DNA from: Planctomycetales bacterium
GTDB lineage: Bacteria; 4484-113
Reading direction: 5' to 3'
DNA: 11,421 nucleotides
Assembly: GCA_037445915.1 (NCBI GenBank)
Contig: JBBIJQ010000048.1
Span: 4,284-15,704, forward strand
Shown: one piece after another, positions 1 to 7,077 of the stretch
Position numbering within the stretch: position 1 is the stretch's first letter
Layout: every line of letters begins with the position of its first letter
Translations under genes and position numbers: made by a program
The notes under the pieces: generated by a model
What the model was told of the DNA's origin: nothing
The model's database searches: none
What the model saw: the letters and a program-made list of their open reading frames with translations, nothing else

Positions 1-453
1 TCGCACCAAACCAACGCGCTGCGCCACCTATTGGAAACCAGCGTGTTTGCCGAAGGCTGGGCGCTATACTGCGAAGAGATGATGTGGGAGCAGGGCTTCT
101 ACCACGACCTGCGCAGCCGCCTGCTCCAGCTCAAGGACACGCTCTGGCGCGCCTGCCGCGTTATCGTTGACGTGGGGCTGCACACCGGCAAGATGAGCTT
201 TAACGACGCCGTGAACTTCATGGTGAAAGAAGCGAAGCTTGAGCGCGTGAATGCCGTGACTGAAGTGCGCCGCTACTGCCAGACGCCGACGCAGCCGATG
301 AGCTACATGCTGGGTAAGCTGCAAATCCTCGCGCTGTTAGACGACTACAAGAAGAAGCACGGCGCGAAGTTCAACCTTCGCAAGTTCCACGACGAGCTTC
401 TCTCCCACGGCACAATCCCCGTAAAGTATGTGCGGCAACTCATGGGGCTGTAG
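1..453 (+). CDS. DUF885 family protein (putative metallopeptidase fold), 3' part; 5' end lies outside the window
   Basis: Frame is open from base 1 (SHQTNALRHLLETSVFAEGWALYCE...). DUF885 C-terminal motifs EGWALYxE, LWRACRVIVDVGLH, EVRRY...PTQPMSYMLG and FNLRKFHDELL..G.IP. Stop TAG 451-453. Confidence 0.9.
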   Translation, partial: SHQTNALRHLLETSVFAEGWALYCEEMMWEQGFYHDLRSRLLQLKDTLWRACRVIVDVGLHTGKMSFNDAVNFMVKEAKLERVNAVTEVRRYCQTPTQPMSYMLGKLQILALLDDYKKKHGAKFNLRKFHDELLSHGTIPVKYVRQLMGL

Positions 454-477
454 AAACACTAATACGAACAGCGGCCA

Positions 478-1338
478 ATGCCTAGGGCTACTAATGATCT
501 TTGCCACGCCGAGGGCGTCACCATCGCGCCCATCAAGATGGGCGAGGGGAGCACGGGCGCGATGCTAATCCACGGTTACCTAGCCACGCCTGAGGAGATG
601 CGCGGGCTGGCGGAACATCTCGCGGCGCGGGGGCTTCGTGTGCATGTGCCGTTGGTAGCGGGGCACGGGACGACGATGCGCGATTTTCGGCGAACGCGGT
701 GGGAGGACTGGGCATCGTCTGTAGAAAGCGCGCTGAATGAGCTTCAGCATGAGTGCGACAGCGTATTCGTCGTGGGCACCTCGCTGGGAGGCTTACAGGC
801 GCTTCACCTCGCCGCGCACCATCCCGGCATTAGAGGCATCGTCGCTCTTGCGCCATCTGTAGAATTGATGTTCAACCCGCGCAAGCCGTGGCGCAAGGCA
901 AGCGACATGAAGCTATGGCTTCTTTCGCGAATGCCCTGGCTGGCAACACTTTATAAGGGCGAGCCGAGCGACCGCGCGCCGCACTTCATGCACGCCGACA
1001 TTCACGATGAATCCGCGCGCCTAAGCCACATCTATTACCGCTTCAATCCAACTTCAGGCGTGATTGAGCTATTGAGATACGCGCAGCATGTCAAGAGCGG
1101 GCTGCCGCAAATCCGCCAACCGCTGTTGCTCATTCATAGCCCACTGGATGGAACAGTGTCGGTGCGCAGTTCGGAGTTTGTGCTGGCGAACGTAAACTCA
1201 GTGGAGAAGGTGCTTGACCTCACGACCGCAGCGAACTCGTGGCACGTGCTGACTGAGGATGTTGACCGGGAGGCGGTATATAATGCTGTCAGCGGGTTCA
1301 TCGCCCGCATACAGGGAGAAGATTGGATATGGAAATGA
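478..1338 (+). CDS. Alpha/beta-hydrolase, carboxylesterase/monoacylglycerol lipase type (Est30/YvaK-like)
   Basis: Oxyanion motif LIHGY, VPLVAGHGT, nucleophile elbow GTSLGG, catalytic Asp in HSPLDGTV and His in NSWHVL. Confidence 0.9.
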   Translation: MPRATNDLCHAEGVTIAPIKMGEGSTGAMLIHGYLATPEEMRGLAEHLAARGLRVHVPLVAGHGTTMRDFRRTRWEDWASSVESALNELQHECDSVFVVGTSLGGLQALHLAAHHPGIRGIVALAPSVELMFNPRKPWRKASDMKLWLLSRMPWLATLYKGEPSDRAPHFMHADIHDESARLSHIYYRFNPTSGVIELLRYAQHVKSGLPQIRQPLLLIHSPLDGTVSVRSSEFVLANVNSVEKVLDLTTAANSWHVLTEDVDREAVYNAVSGFIARIQGEDWIWK

Positions 1339-2318
1339 ACGCAACGATGGTTCCGATGAAAGTTGAATGGGCGCCGGCTTGGCTCTCGTGGGTTGCCGCA
1401 ACAACGACATGCCTGCGCGCGTTGGGCGTTGAATGCGACCAGGTTGACGTCGCAGGCTACAGCGGCTACGCCTTCCACCTTTGCATTGACGCGAAGCTTT
1501 GTTCGTCGGGGCCGTCGGTGCTTAGCTGGGACAGCTTGAACGAAGGGGTGAGATTCCTCGGCCGCACAACCAAGATGTTCTACGGCGGTCAGTGCCATTG
1601 CGAGGGCTTCATTACCGACCTAACCCGCGAGCACTGCCGCACGGCGTTTGATATGGCGAAGGCCGAAGTGTTGGCGGGTCGTCCATGCGTGCTTTGGGGC
1701 GCGTACATGCCGGAATTTGCAGCAGTCACAGGTTTTACCAGCGACAGCTACCTCGTTGAAAGCTTCAAGGGCTGCATGGGCCAGGAACAGCAGCCTATCC
1801 CCTGCGAAGAAGTGAACGCGCCGGGCGGCGTTTATCTGCTCGCATTTCCAAATAGCGCGCAGCTTAACCAGTCGTTCGCTGGCTTGACCGCGATAACGCT
1901 TGCTATGAAAGCGTGGAACGCGCCTGGCTTCAGCACATACCGCTATGGCAAAGACGCATACATCCATTGGGCTGAAGCGCTCAAAGGCAAGCGCGCGGAC
2001 GGCGGCGGCAATGCTTACAGCGCCGCGTGCTACGCCGAAGGGCGCAGGTTTGCGAGTGTTTTCACCGCCAGGCTTGCGAAGCGCCACGAATTCGCCGGTG
2101 AGCTGCTTGATACTGCCTCCAAGCACTTCGGGCATTCCGCGGAAGCGCTTGACCATGTGGCCAAGCTGTTCCCGTTCCCCGGCGCGTGGGGCCAGCCGGT
2201 AGAGGACGACGAGAAGATTGAGCTTGCCTGCAAGCTGCTCATGGAAGCGCAAGAGGCTGATGCAAAAGCGATGGGCTTGCTGGAAAAAGTGCTGGAAATG
2301 GATTGGCCCGCCGGGTAG
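1329..2318 (+). CDS. Hypothetical protein; N-terminal half resembles BtrH_N/peptidase C39-like (papain-fold) domains, C-terminal half helical
   Basis: Long ORF overlapping the esterase stop. Start is ATG 1329 (GGAG at 1315-1318) or ATG 1335 (ATGA overlap). Motifs D..DVAGYSGYAF, CSSGP, GRPCVLWG..PEFAAVTGF and YGKDAY..W. The fold call is an inference. Confidence 0.6.
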   Translation: MEMNATMVPMKVEWAPAWLSWVAATTTCLRALGVECDQVDVAGYSGYAFHLCIDAKLCSSGPSVLSWDSLNEGVRFLGRTTKMFYGGQCHCEGFITDLTREHCRTAFDMAKAEVLAGRPCVLWGAYMPEFAAVTGFTSDSYLVESFKGCMGQEQQPIPCEEVNAPGGVYLLAFPNSAQLNQSFAGLTAITLAMKAWNAPGFSTYRYGKDAYIHWAEALKGKRADGGGNAYSAACYAEGRRFASVFTARLAKRHEFAGELLDTASKHFGHSAEALDHVAKLFPFPGAWGQPVEDDEKIELACKLLMEAQEADAKAMGLLEKVLEMDWPAG

Positions 2319-2331
2319 TAAACGGCGATGC

Positions 2332-2361
2332 TGCTATAATTCCCGCGTCATTTTCGGGAGG
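2332..2361 (+). promoter_or_regulatory. Extended -10 promoter (TGcTATAAT) and Shine-Dalgarno (GGAGG) for moxR
   Basis: TGCTATAAT at 2332-2340; GGAGG at 2357-2361, 5 nt before ATG 2367. Confidence 0.6.
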
Positions 2362-2366
2362 CACTA

Positions 2367-3338
2367 ATGCGCGTCGCTGATGCGTTTCAATTGACCGCCA
2401 CTGAATTCCGCAAAGTCGTCGTAGGCCAGGACGAAGTCCTGCGCCTGATGCTAGTCGCTTACCTGTCGCACGGCCACATCCTCTTTGAGGGCGTGCCGGG
2501 CTTGGCTAAGACGCTGATGGTGAAGGCGCTATCGGTGATACTAGGCAGCGGCGCTGACGGCGGTAAGGCCGAAGGCTTCCGCCGCATCCAATTTACGCCT
2601 GACATGCTGCCAAGCGACATCCTCGGCACGATGGTGTATTCCTCGCAGGACGGTAAGTTCAGGCTGCATCGGGGGCCGCTGTTTTGCCACTTCCTGCTCG
2701 CCGATGAGATCAACCGCACGCCCCCGAAGACGCAGTCGGCGTTGCTTGAATCTATGGAGGAGCGCCAAGTGACAATAGAGGGTGGGGTGGAGACGCTGCC
2801 GCTGGACTTCACCGTGTTCGCTACGCAAAACCCGATTGAGTATGAGGGAACGTATCCGCTGCCCGAAGCGCAGCTTGACCGCTTTATGATGCGCGTGAAG
2901 GTCGGCTACCCGTCGCGTGAAAGCGAAAAGGAAATCTTGTTGCGTTACCACAAGGGCTTTGACGCGCAGGATGTCGCATCCGCCGGCTTGCAGGATATAG
3001 GCATGTCAGCTTGCTTCTCCGACCTCACGGCGGAAGTGCAGGAAGTCAAGGTCAGAGACGAAATACTTGATTACATCCTGGACATCGTGCAGCGCACGCG
3101 CCAGCGCCGGGGCATAGTCCTTGGCGCAAGCCCGCGCGCGGGGATACACCTGCTTCGCGGCGCGAAGGCGCATGCGGCGCTGGAGGCGCGCGACTTCGTT
3201 ACGCCTGACGACGTGGCGATGCTCGTTCCGCACGTCCTGAACCACAGGCTCATCCTTTCGCCTGAGCTTGAGATTGAAGGCCGCAAATCCGAGGAGATAA
3301 TCGCCGAAATAGTGAAGTCCGTTCCCGTCCCGCGCTAA
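2367..3338 (+). CDS. moxR: MoxR family AAA+ ATPase (MoxR-proper type)
   Basis: Walker A EGVPGLAKT, RIQFTPDMLPSDILG, Walker B LLADEINRTPPKTQSALLE, ATQNPIEYEGTYPLPEAQLDRF and GASPRA lid motif. Confidence 0.95.
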   Translation: MRVADAFQLTATEFRKVVVGQDEVLRLMLVAYLSHGHILFEGVPGLAKTLMVKALSVILGSGADGGKAEGFRRIQFTPDMLPSDILGTMVYSSQDGKFRLHRGPLFCHFLLADEINRTPPKTQSALLESMEERQVTIEGGVETLPLDFTVFATQNPIEYEGTYPLPEAQLDRFMMRVKVGYPSRESEKEILLRYHKGFDAQDVASAGLQDIGMSACFSDLTAEVQEVKVRDEILDYILDIVQRTRQRRGIVLGASPRAGIHLLRGAKAHAALEARDFVTPDDVAMLVPHVLNHRLILSPELEIEGRKSEEIIAEIVKSVPVPR

Positions 3339-3386
3339 CAACGCGTTAGTATATTGTTGAAGCTCATTAGCCAACTAACTTACTAA

Positions 3387-3503
3387 CCTGCTGCGCCATC
3401 AACGCTTTATCCACGAGGGCATAGGCTTATCAACATGTTTGTTCACTAGCAGAGGATGTGACTCGTAGCGGAGTGTAGCGCGGTTAACGAACGGAGAAGC
3501 AGG
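3387..3503 (-). ncRNA. Putative rod-shaped structured RNA in the convergent intergenic gap (family unassigned, strand uncertain)
   Basis: Nested complementarity: 3387-3392/3498-3503, 3396-3403/3483-3490 and 3411-3417/3462-3468. The latter two pair best on the - strand through G-U wobbles. Folded by eye only. Confidence 0.25.
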
Positions 3504-3513
3504 AACGCTTGCG

Positions 3514-3930
3514 CTAGATGCCCTTGTGTTCGTCGGAGTCGGGGAGGGCTTCCATGGACTCCTTTTCTTTGCGCTTGGCTTCCTCTCTCTCAAGTTTCTT
3601 TTTGAGTTCGGGGAACTGCTGCTTGATAAACTCCTGGCGCTTCATCGGGTCAAGGACGGCGAGGGGGCTGCGGCCGTAAAACTCAATGAAGCCGCACTTC
3701 AAGCACATATAGCAGTCAATGGGCGTCGCGCGGTCGTATTTGACCTGCATCCATCCATAGGTGGCGACGAAGTGGGGTTCTTTGGTCACGCCGAAGTTGG
3801 CCACTGAGGAAAACTCGCCGCGCACCATCTCACCGCTGCACTTGGGGCAACGGCGCGTTTCTGCATCGGTTTTCGTGGCTTGCGCCGGGAAATCCACGCT
3901 CAAGGGGTCCTTCTTCTTAGACACGGACAC
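3514..3930 (-). CDS. Small Zn-ribbon protein (DUF6487/DUF2082-like) with charged, helical C-terminal tail
   Basis: Two CxxC pairs (CPKCSGEMVRG ... YMCLKCGFIEFY), then a Lys/Glu-rich tail. GTG start. Confidence 0.75.
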   Translation of the reverse strand: MSVSKKKDPLSVDFPAQATKTDAETRRCPKCSGEMVRGEFSSVANFGVTKEPHFVATYGWMQVKYDRATPIDCYMCLKCGFIEFYGRSPLAVLDPMKRQEFIKQQFPELKKKLEREEAKRKEKESMEALPDSDEHKGI

Positions 3931-3936
3931 ACCACA

Positions 3937-3945
3937 ATTCTACCA
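3937..3945 (-). promoter_or_regulatory. Extended -10 element (TGgTAGAAT), probable leaderless transcript
   Basis: TAGAAT at 3942-3937 ends 6 nt before GTG 3930; no Shine-Dalgarno. Confidence 0.5.
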
Positions 3946-3973
3946 TCATCCGGCTCTGACTGCAGAAACCTGC

Positions 3974-4591
3974 TTAGATGAGGAACCACAGAGCTATGAT
4001 GAGCAGCACAATCAGGGCAATGGGAAGCCATTCTTCAAGCCCCCTCAGCGCCCCTGCGCGCACCCACATCGTCATCACCGGTTTGTCGGTTGAACTGCCT
4101 ACTTGGCCTGAATAATCGCCGTTCACTTGCGTGAACTTCAGGTAATACATGCCTGAATCGCGCAGGACGAACCGGCAGCTCCTTGAATAGCGTGTTGACG
4201 AGCCGAATGCGTTCGCGCCTACGAGGATCAAATCTGTTTGCGGGTGGATAACTACGCCGTTGGAATCAAGTATCTCGGTGCGTGTCTCCCACATGCCGGC
4301 TGCTGCAGGAATGTTAATGTGGTATGTATAAACGCAGTTTTGCTTTGCAGGCGCGTAGAACGGGCCGAAAGTGAAACCCCTGGTAATGGAGCTGGCAGTG
4401 GCTTGCTGGTAAAGGACGACGCGGCCGGACGCGTATGTGCAATAAGCCCACCATGTAAGCGCGATGAATGCTAAAATGGCTGTCAGCGCAATTGCGCGCC
4501 TGCGGCGAAACAGCGCGCGCACGGAGGCCTCGTGCTGGGCACGAGATGATGCTTTGGGCTTGCCGGAGCCCCCGCTTCCTGTTGCGTCCAC
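3974..4591 (-). CDS. Hypothetical membrane protein: two TM helices flanking a beta-rich extracytoplasmic domain
   Basis: RRRR followed by hydrophobic AIALTAILAFIALTWWAY; C-terminal WLPIALIVLLIIALWFLI; beta-strand-like middle region. Confidence 0.7.
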   Translation of the reverse strand: MDATGSGGSGKPKASSRAQHEASVRALFRRRRAIALTAILAFIALTWWAYCTYASGRVVLYQQATASSITRGFTFGPFYAPAKQNCVYTYHINIPAAAGMWETRTEILDSNGVVIHPQTDLILVGANAFGSSTRYSRSCRFVLRDSGMYYLKFTQVNGDYSGQVGSSTDKPVMTMWVRAGALRGLEEWLPIALIVLLIIALWFLI

Positions 4592-4597
4592 GGGATG

Positions 4598-4626
4598 ATT
4601 ATAGAAGCTGCGGCGTCAAGGCGCAA
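4598..4626 (-). promoter_or_regulatory. Sigma70 promoter TTGCGC-N17-TATAAT, probable leaderless transcript
   Basis: -35 at 4626-4621 and consensus -10 at 4603-4598, which ends 6 nt before GTG 4591. Confidence 0.55.
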
Positions 4627-5619
4627 TCACGGCTTGAGTAGCATTTTGCCGATGCTCGCGCGCGATTCAAGCTTTTGATGTGCGTCGCCCGCGCGTTCAA
4701 GCGGGAAGACTTCGCTGATGGTGAACTTGAGCTTCCCGGCGCAGTAAAGGTCAATGACCGCGTCCGCATCTTTGCGCACTATGTCGGGATGGTCGCGCAC
4801 GGTGTTGAGCCAGAAGCCGGTGATGCTTCGGCTGCCGCGCATAAGCAGCTGTGGAACCGCCTGTGCAACATCGCCGCTTGCGCTACCGTAGAGGATGAGC
4901 TGGCCAAAGTCGGCGAGCGCTTCTAGCCCCTTGTCAAACGTGTCACGGCCAACGCTGTCCAAAATGATGTTCACGCCGCCCGGTGAAAGCTTGCGCGCCT
5001 CGCGCATCCAATCGCCCTGCGTATAGATAATGACTTCGTCAGCGCCCATCGCTCGAGCAGCCTGTGCCTTCTCTTCGCTGGAGGTTGTGCCGATAACGCG
5101 CGCGCCAAAGTACTTTGCTATTTGCACGGCCAGCAGCCCAACGCCGCCGGCCACAGCGTGTATGAGCACTGTTTCGCCTGCCTGTGTTTTATGCGATTCG
5201 GCAAGCATGTGATAGGCGGTCAATCCTTGCACAGGAAACGCTGCGCCTATCTCCATCGGTATTTCATCTGGCAAGGTGACAACACTATTGACCGGAAGCA
5301 CTCCATATTCCGCGTATGCAGCCGGCTTGCGGTAGAGCGCGGCTACACGCATTCCAACTTGCAGCCCTAGCGCTTCCACCCCTTCGCCGACTTTTGCGAT
5401 TGTCCCGGAGGCCTCCAATCCTGCGCCGCTGGGCATCTTTACTGTGCCGCCGCGCGCATATAGCCCACGGCGCATAAGAGTGTCGGCGAAGTTCACGCCA
5501 ATGTACTCGTGCTTTACCAGCACTTCGCCGGGACCCGGTTCTGGGATAGGCGTGTTTTCGATCTTGAGCGCTTCCGGCCCGCCAAATTCATAGAAGAACA
5601 CCGTTTTCATTGTGTCCAT
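4627..5619 (-). CDS. qor: NADPH:quinone oxidoreductase (zeta-crystallin/Qor, zinc-independent MDR family)
   Basis: GGPEAL, GVNFAD, G.EASG, GLTAYHML, Rossmann motif HAVAGGVGLLAVQIAK, DSVG and C-terminal AHQKLESRASIGKMLL. GAGGG RBS at 5628-5624. Stop TGA. Confidence 0.92.
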   Translation of the reverse strand: MDTMKTVFFYEFGGPEALKIENTPIPEPGPGEVLVKHEYIGVNFADTLMRRGLYARGGTVKMPSGAGLEASGTIAKVGEGVEALGLQVGMRVAALYRKPAAYAEYGVLPVNSVVTLPDEIPMEIGAAFPVQGLTAYHMLAESHKTQAGETVLIHAVAGGVGLLAVQIAKYFGARVIGTTSSEEKAQAARAMGADEVIIYTQGDWMREARKLSPGGVNIILDSVGRDTFDKGLEALADFGQLILYGSASGDVAQAVPQLLMRGSRSITGFWLNTVRDHPDIVRKDADAVIDLYCAGKLKFTISEVFPLERAGDAHQKLESRASIGKMLLKP

Positions 5620-5660
5620 TTAACCCTCGGTCGCTTGAGTGATTGCATGCTTTCAACTTT

Positions 5661-5741
5661 TGGGCGGGGGGGGACTTGAACCCCCACGGGTTACCCCACT
5701 AGCTCCTAAGGCTAGCGCGTCTGCCATTCCGCCACCCGCCC
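5661..5741 (-). tRNA. tRNA-Leu (anticodon UAG), CCA not encoded
   Basis: Reverse complement folds as GGGCGGG-TG-GCGGAATGGCAGACGC-G-CTAGC-CT[TAG]GA-GCTAG-TGGGGTAACCCGT-GGGGG-TTCAAGT-CCCCC-CCCGCCC-A: 7-bp acceptor stem, class II variable arm, discriminator A. Confidence 0.96.
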
Positions 5742-5750
5742 GATGGAACT

Positions 5751-5759
5751 AGTATATCA
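5751..5759 (-). promoter_or_regulatory. Extended -10 promoter (TGaTATACT) for tRNA-Leu
   Basis: TATACT at 5756-5751 with TG one base upstream; 9 nt before the tRNA 5' end. Confidence 0.5.
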
Positions 5760-5861
5760 GCTAGAATAACCTGGCGCACTATGTCAGCTTTAGCGTCTGT
5801 AGCTTTCGCTGTTCTTCTTGTTTAACTGGTTAGTATAGTGCAGGTCCAATACCTTACGTGC

Positions 5862-5903
5862 TTGTGAAATCAGAGCACAAACAATGTGGCTTTCGGCTCA
5901 CAA
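5862..5903. promoter_or_regulatory. Tandem TGTG...CACA operator-like palindromes upstream of the hydrogenase promoter
   Basis: TTGTG-N9-CACAA (5862-5880) and TGTG-N10-CACA(A) (5885-5903). Rex/CRP-like half-sites, but not the canonical N8 spacing. Confidence 0.35.
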
Positions 5904-5908
5904 CCCCC

Positions 5909-5936
5909 TTGACACGGCGGGAAACAAGGCTATTAT
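5909..5936 (+). promoter_or_regulatory. Sigma70 promoter of the hydrogenase operon
   Basis: TTGACA (5909-5914), 16-nt spacer, TATTAT (5931-5936); RBS AGGAGG at 6024-6029 before ATG 6037. Confidence 0.7.
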
Positions 5937-6036
5937 ATCCTAGGCTTTAGCCCCTCCTGCATTTGCCACGCAAAGGGGCTTTCTTGCATTCCGCCAAAGC
6001 TAGGCAATACAGCCGGTGGAACTAGGAGGACACTCA

Positions 6037-7077
6037 ATGAAGCTGATGATAATTGACGCGCCAAGCTTGAACGCGTTTGTGGACAAGCTTATTGGCGCGC
6101 ATCCCGTTATGGGCGTTAGGCAGCATAACGGGGATGGGAAACATTTCACGTTTGCCCGGCTGAGCGACGCTAAGGAGCTTAGGCTGGATTATGGCGTGAC
6201 GGTCCAGTCCCCTAAGAAATTTTTTTCCCCGCAGAAGGAAATTTTGCTGCACTTCAAAAGGGCTGATTCTCAAGCTGAAGCCGCGCGGCTGGACGCTGCG
6301 CCTTTTGTTTTGATTGGCGTTCACCCCTATGACATGGTTGCCATCAACCAGCTTGACCGGGTGATGCGCGAAGGCAATCCCGACGAGCAATATCTTAAGC
6401 GCCGCGAGGCCGCCATCATCATCGGTGTGGACCCGGTGAATGTTGGGGAGCGAGCGTTCTGGGGCTCAATGGGAACCTGGGAAGTCAGCGAAGGATACGA
6501 TGTCTGGCTGACCGATATTGGCGGTAAGTTTGTTGTTGAAACCGCAACCTTGAAGGGCGAAGAGGTTGTCTCCAAGTTTGCATCAACAAAGGGAGCTTCC
6601 GCCGACGATGCCAGGAAGCGCGAGGAAGTGCGCGCCAAGCTCCAGAAGCTTGGAACAACTACTGATGTTAAGTTTAAGCCTGAAGAACTGCCAGGACTTC
6701 TTCGCGGAAACTTTGAACATCCCATTTGGGATGAGAAGGCGCAAAAGTGCTACTCCTGCGGGAGCTGCAACCTTGTCTGCCCAACTTGCTACTGCTTTGA
6801 CGTGCAAGACCACGTAGATATTTGCCTCACTCAGGGAACGCGTTACCGCATTTGGGACAGCTGCCTGCTTGAGGAGTTTGCCATCGTCGCCGGAGGCGAG
6901 AACTTTCGCGAGCACAGGCAGCAGCGCTACCGCCACCGCCTGTTTCGCAAGGGATTATACCTTTACGATAAGGTTGGCGACATAGCCTGCGTTGGCTGCG
7001 GGCGCTGCGCAACGGCTTGCCTGCCCGACATCGCAGACCCAGTTGATGTTTACAACATTCTAAAGGAGGGCAAGTAG
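6037..7077 (+). CDS. hydB: Group 3b [NiFe]-hydrogenase (sulfhydrogenase) beta subunit, 4Fe-4S dicluster protein
   Basis: SPKKFF.PQKE and GVHPYD motifs; ferredoxin motifs CYSCGSCNLVCPTCYCF and CVGCGRCATAC; R.WDSC. Start placed at ATG 6037, 7 nt after AGGAGG. Confidence 0.9.
   Translation: MKLMIIDAPSLNAFVDKLIGAHPVMGVRQHNGDGKHFTFARLSDAKELRLDYGVTVQSPKKFFSPQKEILLHFKRADSQAEAARLDAAPFVLIGVHPYDMVAINQLDRVMREGNPDEQYLKRREAAIIIGVDPVNVGERAFWGSMGTWEVSEGYDVWLTDIGGKFVVETATLKGEEVVSKFASTKGASADDARKREEVRAKLQKLGTTTDVKFKPEELPGLLRGNFEHPIWDEKAQKCYSCGSCNLVCPTCYCFDVQDHVDICLTQGTRYRIWDSCLLEEFAIVAGGENFREHRQQRYRHRLFRKGLYLYDKVGDIACVGCGRCATACLPDIADPVDVYNILKEGK

Noticed and set aside
2367-3338. MoxR as a dedicated hydrogenase chaperone (CoxD/RavA-like role)
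   Set aside because: It is separated from the operon by three unrelated genes and a tRNA and is of the generic MoxR-proper type; there is no sequence support.
3399-3593. 64-aa - strand ORF spanning the intergenic gap
   Set aside because: It overlaps the Zn-ribbon gene by 80 nt in another frame and has no RBS or recognisable motif.
4627-4629. Genome-wide TGA reassignment (code 4 or 25) as the explanation for the receiver-gene TGA
   Set aside because: TGA ends qor at its expected C-terminus, Trp is encoded by TGG in the genes examined, and no other gene here has an internal TGA.
5661-5690. tRNA-Leu as the attachment site of an integrated island
   Set aside because: No duplicated tRNA 3' end, integrase or other mobility gene was seen in the window.
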